64,000 nt of DNA from Folioceros fuciformis. Taxonomy: Eukaryota. The stretch lies in the NCBI GenBank assembly GCA_049999805.1, contig JBNGIO010006380.1:112769-176768 (forward strand). Direction: 5' to 3'. The notes under the pieces were generated by a model. The model was given only the letters and a program-made list of their open reading frames with translations, was not told the origin of the DNA and made no database searches. Of this stretch, positions 11,603-21,592 are shown one piece after another. The translations under genes and the position numbers were made by a program. Position 1 is the stretch's first letter. Each line of letters starts with the position of its first letter.

Positions 11603-12987
11603 CGTTCCACCACCCTGCACGAGTGAGACTCGCCGAAACCATCAACCAGCAAACGTGATCATCTTCGCCATCTTCTCGTCAACCTCTCGAATTTCATCCG
11701 AGTCACCTGAAACAGCAGCACCCTGGTCTCAGTGCTCTGTTCAGCAGCAGTGAACGTGCGTAGAATGACATGAGATCGTGATTTGGCAAGCCTCGCATGG
11801 ACGGAACGGATAGCGTGCCCGGATGAATTATGAAATTTACTACGATCTTTGCTGTCCTATCACATCCTGCAGACAGATTTCGTTCAATTCACGTGACAAC
11901 CGTGAAAAGAATTTGCGTAAACACACAATGTAAACTGCAATTCCATGAAGAACTCTTAACATTGATGAAGCTATGGCTTGCATCAAGTCGGGAGGCCATG
12001 TCGAGACTTGCAGTCAGAAGTATCTGATCCTATCTGACATCAGTCTCAGGGACGGATACGGGCATGGATATTGCTACGTCTTCTAGAGATATGTTGCTAC
12101 GTCTTCTAGAGCAAGAGGGAGAACTTCAAAAGCGACTCGGGATGACGTGATTCAACACACGTCTGTCTGCGTGTTCGCGATTATTCCAGCTGCTTCACGG
12201 CGTCTGTGAGGCGACATGAGAAAGCAGAGGTCCAGCTAAACGACAACACTCGAAACCCTAACCCTATCTCCAACCTTCCCTCCACGGTGTCGTAGAGCAA
12301 AAGAAATGGCCACAATTGCTTCCGAGCACCATTCCTCCAGCAACACGATCAACGGACATGGGCTTCTCTCAACAGACTCAGCAGCCGGGTGCAGAGTGCG
12401 GGAGAGCGATGGAGGTGGTCCAAAAACCCTACCATGTCCCTGTTACCCGCCAGTAAATCCTGGGCTCAACAGCGACTGATTGTGGAGTATCTGCTGTCTC
12501 TCGACAAACTGCACGCTGTCCTGGATTCAGGATAACATCCGCTACGTGGAGATCGGATTCCGCCTACCAGACAGTCGAAGGGTTTCGTCGACTTGTACAC
12601 ACTCTGACCATGACAAACACAGACGATTCCAAGAGACTTTATTACGAAAACCAGATGGGAACAACCCATCGTGACATACTGTACTGCACTCTGCGCCGTC
12701 CGAAGTTCAGCACCTGAAACTAAGGACAGAAGATCCATTCACCCATAATGGAAAGTGAAACTCTATCAAAGGCCAACCCAAAAATGCCCATACCTCCATA
12801 AAACATCTTGTCATATAGTTACCATTGCTCATACAAGTTTCTGTGTTACAATCCGCATCCTCGGAACTGCAATCACGAAGCATCTCTGAGTCCATGTATT
12901 TACAAAGCTTAAACTCATCATATTGATGTCAAAGCTTTACAAGTCCATCTCTACTGAGGATGCTACACATGTGATTGTTGTCACGAG

Positions 12988-13174
12988 AATGAAGATTGCA
13001 ACAGACAAACTTCTTGGGCTAAAGAAACCATCTAAGATGTCAATCAAACAATGAAGATTGCAACAGACAAACTTCTTGGGCTAAAGAAACCATCTAAGAT
13101 GTCAATCAAACAATGAAGATTGCAACAGACAAACTTCTTGAGCTAAAGAAACCGTCTAAGATGTCAATCAAACA
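12988..13174. repeat. 62-bp tandem repeat x3
   Basis: aatgaagattgcaacagacaaacttcttgggctaaagaaaccatctaagatgtcaatcaaac starting at 12988, 13050 and 13112. Confidence 0.95.
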
Positions 13175-13361
13175 AAGATGACTATTGAGTTTCAATCAAA
13201 CACCATGACATACAATCAAAGACTGATACCATGATCTAAGGTGGCACAAAGACTGCTTTCTCACTCCAATTGTTCAACAAGCTAATACTACCCTATGACA
13301 AAAGGTCCCAAAGAGTACTCTCACTCGTTACTCTACAATCCCTACAATATCTCACATGCTT

Positions 13362-13478
13362 TGGACTTCAAACTTCATACAATTTGAGAAAACATGAGGC
13401 AGGGGACCATACATATACATGGACTTCAAACTTCATACAACTTGAGAAAACATGAGGCAGGTGACCAAACATATATAG
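13362..13478. repeat. 58-bp tandem repeat x2
   Basis: tggacttcaaacttcatacaa.ttgagaaaacatgaggcagg.gacca.acatata at 13362 and 13420. Confidence 0.9.
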
Positions 13479-13800
13479 CCTAATTCCTAATAATTTCACG
13501 ATAAGAATGTTCATATTCTATCATCTTTCGCTCATCACCCATTTAGAAAGGATGATAATAATCCAAATATTATAGTGAAAAACATTCTAGGTTCTGATAT
13601 GTAATTAATATTCTATTAGAATCTATATTTTATTATATTATATAATACTCAAATAAAGTAAACTATTTTTAATATTTGAAAAAAGATAAAAAATCCATCT
13701 ACTTCAAAGATGAAGAGGAACACCTCCAACAAGCCAAAGGATACTAGCCTTTTCAAATAATATTTTTTTCAGAACTATCTACCATCCTCAATATATCATA

Positions 13801-14256
13801 ATGCAGTTAACAAAAGGCTTAGACTTGCACTGGTTGTTGTTCTAAAGATTGTATTAGCGCTGCTGCTGTTGGCTTCGGTGTTTTGTATGCCAGACAGAGC
13901 GACGGCGGATGTGTCCCCCAACGTACTGCTCCAAAACCAAGCCCTGTTTGCGGGTGCGGGTCTGCTGTTGCCGCCCTACGAGTTCCTCATGCAAACGGAT
14001 TGCAACCTGGTGCTGTACGACATGAACAGTCCTCTCTGGGCTTCCAACACGTCGAAATCGGCTGTCGAGAGCTGCTACTTCCTTTTGCAGCCGGACGGGA
14101 ATGGTGTCACTCATGACACATGGCAAAATGTGCTCTTCGCCACCGACACCTAGGGCCGCAACGATGGGAAGCACACCATCACCCTCCAGAACGATGGGAA
14201 TGTGGACAAATGACCAAGGTGACACCATCTGGCAGACCGAAAGCTCCGGCCAATAG
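13801..14256 (+). pseudogene. GNA/bulb-type mannose-binding lectin pseudogene
   Basis: QxDxNxVxY-type motifs: MQTDCNLVLYDMNSPLWASNT, LQPDGNGV, LQNDGNV; hydrophobic signal peptide. Lesions: ATG at 13801 out of frame, in-frame TAG at 14151-14153, frameshift near 14203 before DTIWQTES. Confidence 0.85.
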
Positions 14257-14399
14257 CTTGCAAGCTCCATGGCCGTCTCCTTGTGTTGAGTCGGGACTGT
14301 GTTTCCCACGCCTGGAGAACGATCGCTCTGTGCCCATCTCGTAGGGTATAGACTGGATGTAAATAGGTTGGACGGATGTACAGCTTTCGGTTTATGGAA

Positions 14400-16751
14400 T
14401 TACTGTCGGTCCCCACAAGAGCAGGCGCCGTCTGAAAAATGGTGCACTCTGTGCGCGTCTCTCACTACGATGGTTCGATGCTCTAGGCGGGACATGATCT
14501 TGGTGCTACTGTGGCAGTCGTTGCACATGCGAAGGTTTTTGGTCACCAGGAGCGGGGTGCCATCTGGAGTGTTTAGGAGACCGTACGCCAAAGCCAGCTT
14601 CTCTGCATGGCCACACAGTGCATCTTCCTTCTCCTGCTCGGACACGGCCTTCAGCACCAGCTCTGTCTGAGATACATGGCCTCCCTCCTCCTTCAGCCTC
14701 GTGTGCACACTTTTCAGCTTGGAAGAGATGTCAGGCCTCTCCTCACCTACGGTGAACTCGTGCAGCTTGTCCTTCACCTCGATGCACGCCTTTGCAGGCT
14801 TCTTCGTCGCACCTGCTGACCTTCTTAAGCTCTCTATCCTGTCCACATCCATCCACCTGCCCGCGTTTGCATAGATGTTGGCCAGCAACACGTATGAACT
14901 TGCGTTCTCAGGCTCCAATGAGACGAGTCGATCGAAACATCGCTTACCACGATCGATGTCACCATGGTTTCTGCAGGCACTCAACAACGATCTCCAACCC
15001 ACCACGTGGTCTTTGAATGGCATTGTCTCCAGTATATGTTCTGCCTCGTCCAGACATCCAAACCGCCCGAGAAGATCAACCAGGCAACTGAAGTGATAGT
15101 CAGTAGGGACGATGCCATGGTCATCCACCATAAGTCTGAAGTACCGCTGGCCCTCTTGCACCAGGCCTGCATGACTGCAGGCAGCAAGAAGACTGCTGAA
15201 AGTCGTCCCATTAGGCTCCAAACCTTGCCTACGCATTTCTTCGAAACACTGCATTGCCATCTGAGCATCACAGTGTTCAGCATAGCCATTCAGCATAGCA
15301 CTCCAAGTTACCACATCTCGAGTGGGCAATCTGTCAAAGATTGCACGAGCGTCCTTCATGCTACCGCACTTCGCGTACATGTCCACCAGGCAGCTACCAA
15401 TTAGGACATCGTTGTCCAGCCCCTTTTCTCGTATCAGAGCATGAAGTTGCTTCCCTTGAAGCAAAGCTCCCACCCCTGCACATGCTTGAAGGAGGCATAC
15501 AAAGGTAACCTGATTGGCGACAGTGATGCCCTCGTGTTGCATACTCCTATACAGACAAAGGGCTTCATAACCCTTACCTTGCTGGACATACCCCGCGATC
15601 ATGGCGGTCCAAGTCACAACATCTCTTCTACCCATCGTGTCAAACACTCGCCGAGCATCCTCTAGGCTCCCACATTTTGCATACATGTCAACTAGACAGT
15701 TTCCAACTACCAAATCGGCCTCGAGTCCACTTTCCCTGAGCTGAGCATGAATCTGCTTCCCCTGATGCAACGCTCCGACGCTAGCACATGCTTGAAGGAG
15801 GCAGACAAACGTCACTACATTGGCTGGAGTCATGCCATTCAGTTGCATACTTGCATACAGATCGAGAGCCTCCTGACCCATTCCTTTCCGAGCATATCCC
15901 GCAATCATTGAAGTCCAGGACACCACATCCCTCGTACGCAGTCTGTCAAACACTCTACGGGCATCCACTAAGCTCCCGCATTTCGCATACATGTTCACCA
16001 GGCTGTTGGTGACAAAGCTGTTGGGCCTCACATCGCTGGCCCGAATATCGGCGTGAACCTCCAAACCAGACGCAAGATCCTCTGCACTGGCACACGCTTT
16101 GAGGACTGCAACAAATATGTGGTTGTTGGGCTTCAGACTCGAGCGTCTCATCTGTCGATACAGCCCCACAGCTTCCATGGGCTGTCCATGTCGGGCATGG
16201 GCCAAAATGATGCTAGCCCACAGATGGGCATCTGGTGCAGTCACTTTGCTGAAAACCTGAACCGCTTCCTCCAATTTCCCATGGGCGGCATACATATCGA
16301 CGATGTGTGTGGCCACGAATGCATTTGACTCGAATCCGCTCTCCAGAGCCAGAACATGCACCCGCCTCCCGAGCTCCAGATCCTCGAGTTCCGTGCACTT
16401 CTTCAGCACACGAGAGAATAGAGAGGTGTCAACACGACACTCCTGCTGCACCAGCCGGTCCAAAGCTCCAACAGCCTCGCTGAGCTCTCCATCCTTACAA
16501 AGCCTTCTAGAGCTTCTGGACATAGAATCCCCTCCACCCTTCCTCTTGTTGCGAACCAGACCATCGCTGCCTGCAGTCCTTGAACTGGACGCAGACAGCT
16601 CCAAAGCCGCCAACCCAGGATTGTGCTGAGCATTTACCCAAACCCCGTGGTACAACTTCTGCCCCACCTCAGGCAGGAGGAAGGTTTTGCAACAGTCCAA
16701 GTCATAGGCTCCATCCCTGGACAGCGGGACTGCGCCAAGGGCGAGCGCCAT
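14400..16751 (-). CDS. PLS-class PPR protein (14 motifs) + E1/E2 + DYW:KP deaminase-like domain (ends DRQ); candidate U-to-C editing factor
   Basis: 783-aa ORF with P-L-S triplets. C-terminus KKPAKACIEV...LCGHAEKLALAYGLLNTPDGTPLLVTKNLRMCNDCH...RDAHRVHHFSDGACSCGDRQ. Confidence 0.93.
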   Translation of the reverse strand: MALALGAVPLSRDGAYDLDCCKTFLLPEVGQKLYHGVWVNAQHNPGLAALELSASSSRTAGSDGLVRNKRKGGGDSMSRSSRRLCKDGELSEAVGALDRLVQQECRVDTSLFSRVLKKCTELEDLELGRRVHVLALESGFESNAFVATHIVDMYAAHGKLEEAVQVFSKVTAPDAHLWASIILAHARHGQPMEAVGLYRQMRRSSLKPNNHIFVAVLKACASAEDLASGLEVHADIRASDVRPNSFVTNSLVNMYAKCGSLVDARRVFDRLRTRDVVSWTSMIAGYARKGMGQEALDLYASMQLNGMTPANVVTFVCLLQACASVGALHQGKQIHAQLRESGLEADLVVGNCLVDMYAKCGSLEDARRVFDTMGRRDVVTWTAMIAGYVQQGKGYEALCLYRSMQHEGITVANQVTFVCLLQACAGVGALLQGKQLHALIREKGLDNDVLIGSCLVDMYAKCGSMKDARAIFDRLPTRDVVTWSAMLNGYAEHCDAQMAMQCFEEMRRQGLEPNGTTFSSLLAACSHAGLVQEGQRYFRLMVDDHGIVPTDYHFSCLVDLLGRFGCLDEAEHILETMPFKDHVVGWRSLLSACRNHGDIDRGKRCFDRLVSLEPENASSYVLLANIYANAGRWMDVDRIESLRRSAGATKKPAKACIEVKDKLHEFTVGEERPDISSKLKSVHTRLKEEGGHVSQTELVLKAVSEQEKEDALCGHAEKLALAYGLLNTPDGTPLLVTKNLRMCNDCHSSTKIMSRLEHRTIVVRDAHRVHHFSDGACSCGDRQ

Positions 16752-16929
16752 CCATCGACAAAATATTCCCTACGCGCCTGAAATAGTTGTCCCCAGCCGT
16801 GGAGGAGGACCCTGCCAGTGACACGGGGTAGATCTGAACGACGATATTCTGGGTTCGAAAATCACACTGCTTGGATGTCTGGATGGTTGCGAATCGATGA
16901 GAACGCAGAACTGAGTACAGTACATATTG

Positions 16930-19900
16930 CTAGTGCCAGTCTCTGCACGAACACGACCCGTCCACAAAGCGGTGGACGCGGTGAGTATCTCTAACGATGA
17001 TCTCTCGCTTCTCGATCCTTGACATGATCTTGGTGCCGCTGTGGCAGTCATCGCACATCCGGAGATTCTTGGTGACAAGCAAGGTCGTGCCGTCTGGTGT
17101 GTTGAGCAGGCCGTACGCCAGCGCTAGCTTCTCGGCATGTCCACACAAGGCATCTTCCTTTTTCTCATCGGACAACGGTTTGAGCACCAGGTCTGTGTGC
17201 GGAACATGGCCTCCATCCTCCTTCAACCGCAAGTTCACGCTCCTCAGCTTGGAGGAGATGTCATCCCGCTGTTCTCCCACAACGAACTCCTCCACCTTGT
17301 GATTCACCTCAATCCAAGCCCTGGCAGGCTTCTTGCAAGCTCCGGCAGATTTTCTCAAAGTCTCTATCCTGTCCACATCCTTCCACCGACTATTGTTTGC
17401 ATAGATGTTAGCCATGAGTACGTACGCAGCAGACTGTTCTGGTTCCAGTTTACGGATGTGATCGAAGGACCGCTCTCCCCGCTCGATGTCACCATGGCTT
17501 CTGCAAGCATTCAGCAGAGCTTTCCACCCTGCCGAGTCACTCTGAACCGGCATCGCGTGCAACATGTTTTCTGCCTCGTCTAAACACCCTGACCGGCCAA
17601 GTAGATCCACCATGCAAGTGTAATGGTACACAGTGGGCGAGATGCCATGCTCCTCCGCCATAGCTTTGAAGAACTGCTTACCCTCGTCTACCAGACCCGC
17701 ATGACTGCATGCCACCAGAAGGCATATGAAAGTTGTCTCATCGGGCTCCACACCCTGCCCGAGCATCTCTTCGAAGCACAGGATGGCAGATCGACTGTCG
17801 TTATGCTGGCCCAAGCCATTTAGCAGAGCATTCCATGTCACCACGTTCTTTGTGGGCAATCTGTCAAACACCCTCCTGGCATCCATTAAGCACCCACATT
17901 TTCCGTACATGTCGACCAGGCTATTGGCCACAGCCACATCCGCTTCCAATCCTCGTTGCTGTATCTCTAGATGAAGTTGCTTCCCTTGTGGCAAAGCTCC
18001 GATGCTGGCACACGCTTTCAAGAGACAAACAAACGTGACGCTATCCGCGGGAATAATGGAAGCCTGTTGCATACTTTCGTAAAGAGCAAGAGCGTCTTGA
18101 CCGAGCCCATGCTGGGCGTACCCTGCTAGCATGGCATTCCATGTGACCACATCTTTAGAGGGTAGTCGATCAAACACTTTGCGGGCATCATCTAGGCTGC
18201 CACACTTCGCGTACATGTCCACCAGACAGTTGCCGACAACCAGATCACCATCTAAGTTCTGTTCTTGAATCTGGTGGTGCATTTTCTTGCCTTGATGTAA
18301 GGCTCCAAGAGAGGCACATGCGCTAAGCAGGCACGTAAATGTAACACTGTCGGGTGGAGTTATTCCCTCATTTTTCATGCTAGCATACACTGCAAGAGCT
18401 TCTTGATAGAGACCATTCCGTGCATACCCGGCTATGATTGAATTCCATAACGCCACATCTTTCGTAGGAACTCGATCAAAAACTCGGCGAGCATCCTCTA
18501 AGCTGCCACATTTTGCGTACATGTCAACAAGGCAGTTGGCAAGCGATGGATCAGCTTCTAGTTGTCTTTTCTGGATATCTGAATGGAGTTCCTTTCCCTC
18601 TTGCAGTGCTCCTATGCTTGCACATGCTTTCAGCAGTGTGGCAAACGTAGTGATGTTGGCAGAAGACAAGTCCTGCTGACGAAGGCCGGAGTAAAGAGAC
18701 AGAGCTTCCTGTCCCTGTCCACGCTGGGCATAAGCTGTGATCATGGCAGTTAATGTCACTATATCCCTCGTAGGCAATATGTCAAACACTCTTCTGGCAT
18801 CCTCCAAGCTGCCGCATTTGGCGTACATGTCCACCAGGCAGTTCCCCACAACCACATCAGCTTCCAGTCCGCTTTCCTGAACCTGAGAGTGCAGCTGCAT
18901 TCCCTGATGAAGAGAACCGACACTTGCGCACGCATTAAGCAGGCACACAAAGGTAACTCTATCAGCGGGAGTTACGCCCTCCTGTAGCATGGATTGATAC
19001 AGATTAAGGGCATCTTGACCAAGACCAGCTTGAGCATATGCTGCAATCATGGCATTCCATGTCACCACATTCTTCACAGGCAGTCTGTCAAACACAATGC
19101 GAGCCTCTCCTAAGCTTCCCAACTTGGCATACATGTTGACCAGGCAGCTACCAACCACCACATCAGCTTCGAAACCTTGTTCTCGAATCTGTAAATGCAG
19201 ATTCTTCCCCTCATTCAGGGCCCCAACGCTAACACAAGCCTTCAGCAGGCTTACAAATGTTACTGGATCGGCCAGAGTGAGCCCTTCTGCTTGCTTATTA
19301 GCATAAAGAGTGAGAGCTTCGCGTCCAAGCCCATGCTCCACATATCCTCCAATCATGGCATTCCATGTCACTGCATCTTTGGTCGGGAGTCTTTCAAACA
19401 GGCTTCTAGCATCTGCTAGCCTGGCACACTTGGCATACATATTCACCAAGCAGTTGCCCACCACCACATCGCGCTCAAGCTGTCTTTCCTGAATCTGAGT
19501 ATGCAGCTGTTGACCTTCCTGGAGTGCTCCAATGCTTGCGCAGGCCTTCAAAAGTGACACAAAGGTCACGTGATCTGCTGGAAACATGCCTTCCTGCTGC
19601 ATCTTTGCGTTAAGAGAGAGGGCCTCTTGACTGCGCCCATGCTGTGCATATCCGGTTATCATGGCCGTCCATGTCACCATGTCCCTTGTTGGTAACATGT
19701 CAAATACTCTGCGAGCATCCTCTAGGCTCCCACATTTTGCATACATGTCCACTAAGCTGCTGCCAATAAGTATATCCGATTCTAATCCCCTTTCCTGTAT
19801 CTGCATATGAAGCTGCTCACCCTCACAAGCTGCTTGAATACTGGCACATGCTTTCAGGAGGCACACAAACGTGACGCGATCTGCTGGTATGCCCTCCTGC

Positions 19901-21418
19901 TGCATGTTCCGATACAATGCCAGAGCTTCTTGACCAAACCCATGCTGCACATATCCTGCGATCATGGCATTCCATGTCACGAAGTTCTTTGCAGGCAACC
20001 TGTCAAACAGTCTGCGGGCATCCTCGAGGCTGCCGCATTTGGAATACATGTCTACCAGACAGCTGCTTACTGTCAAATCAGTTTCCAGTCCTCGTTGCCG
20101 AATTCGGGAATGCAGGTCCTTGCCCTCACGCAGTGCCCCAATACTTGCACACGCCTTCAGCACGGCCAGAAACGTGACACAATTAGCTTCAGTGATCCCC
20201 TCCTGCTCCATACACGAATAGAGAGAAAGAGCTTCTTGACCCAGGCCATGCTTGGCATACCCAGTGATCATCGTAGTCCACGACACCACATCTTTTGTCT
20301 GCAAATTGTCAAAGACCCTGCGAGCATCTTGTAAGCTCCCACATTTGGCATACATGTCCATCAAACAATTGGCGACAAAGATGTTGGGCTGAACTCCACT
20401 TTCCAGGACATCAGCATGGACCAGCTTGCCCGCCGCCAAATCTGCCGCAGCAGCACAGGCTTTGAGTGCAGCGACAAAGACGTGATCATTCGGCTTCACC
20501 TTGGACTTCCGCATTTGCCCATAAAGCGTGAGGGCCTGCAAAGGCTGTCCCTGTTCCGCATGTGCCCCTATGATAGAAGCCCACACGAACGTTCCCGGCG
20601 CAGCAAGAACATCACACACCTGCAACGCTTCCTGCAGCATCCCGTGCGAAGCGTACATGCGGATGATGTGATTGCCCAAGAATGCGTCCGACTCATACCC
20701 ACTCTTCGAAATGAGGGCATGAACATGTCTACCGGCAGCCAGGTCCCTCTGCGAAATGCACCCCTTGAGTACATGATAGAAGAGATAGGCGGGCACATTG
20801 AATCCTCTTTGCAACAAAACTTCCAGAAGGTCCACAGCGTCCCTGAGCTGCCCCTCCTCACATAACCTGCTCCACGCCTCCACGTCGAAAGCATCTTCCA
20901 ACCTTCCACACCTGCAACACCCACCCCCAGTGTGTCAAAACCGTCCTCACCACCCAATTGTCGGCCACATTCCCCAGTAGTAGCAAGTCGACAAATCTCC
21001 TACCTCGGCACACCCCCAATCTGGAAAGCGACTCCCCGCTCCCCAAACCTTCCATCCCAACGACGCTGTGGGTTCTCGGTTGCGCTGTGCACAAAGTCCA
21101 GATTAACGCGGTTGATTCTCTGCAATGTCGCAACGATTGAATGCCCTAACGAAATCCACCCATTCCGGCTTCACTGACCACGCCCAAATCGCTGGCACGG
21201 ATTACCTCGCGCGGCTTGCACTCCCACTCCTTCACCTCCTTCTCCCAGCATGCCTCCCGACCTCCAACAGCCCTGGCTGCAGCCTTCCGTTGCTCCGAGA
21301 CGCCACTCAGTGACGACACCCGCCTGCACCACTTCTCCAAAGTCCCATGGGAGCTGGGATTCCTCTGCAGCAGGCCAAGCCCAGATCCCACGACCCGACG
21401 CCCCTCGCCCTGCCTCAT
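16930..21418 (-). CDS. PLS-class PPR protein (32 motifs) + E1/E2 + DYW:KP domain (ends DWH), about 1436 aa, two 5' introns; candidate U-to-C editing factor
   Basis: The 1323-aa ORF lacks an upstream in-frame ATG. Exons 21418-21206, 21119-21004 and 20911-16930, joined by GT-AG introns of 86 and 92 nt, restore the frame. C-terminus KKPARAWIEV...HAEKLA...CDDCH...CSCRDWH. Confidence 0.92.
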
Positions 21419-21592
21419 CCCCGTCTCCACGCCACACTCTCTGCATCACAAAACTACAATGTACTGTACGTAGAGTCAACCGCCCATCGAACTCCCATAA
21501 CCTAAATGCCACTTTGCTTGGGCTCACAAAATCACGTTCGTGGGCGCCCACAAAACCCGCGTCTCCGTCCGCGGGCAGACGCACCGGCAGCG

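Noticed and set aside
12300-12700. Possible retrotransposon gag-like remnant
   Set aside because: Short interrupted frames with no diagnostic motif (no zinc knuckle, protease or RT).
14151-14153. Idea that the lectin TAG is repaired to CAG by the adjacent U-to-C editors
   Set aside because: PPR editors act in organelles, and the lectin also has two frameshifts that editing cannot fix.
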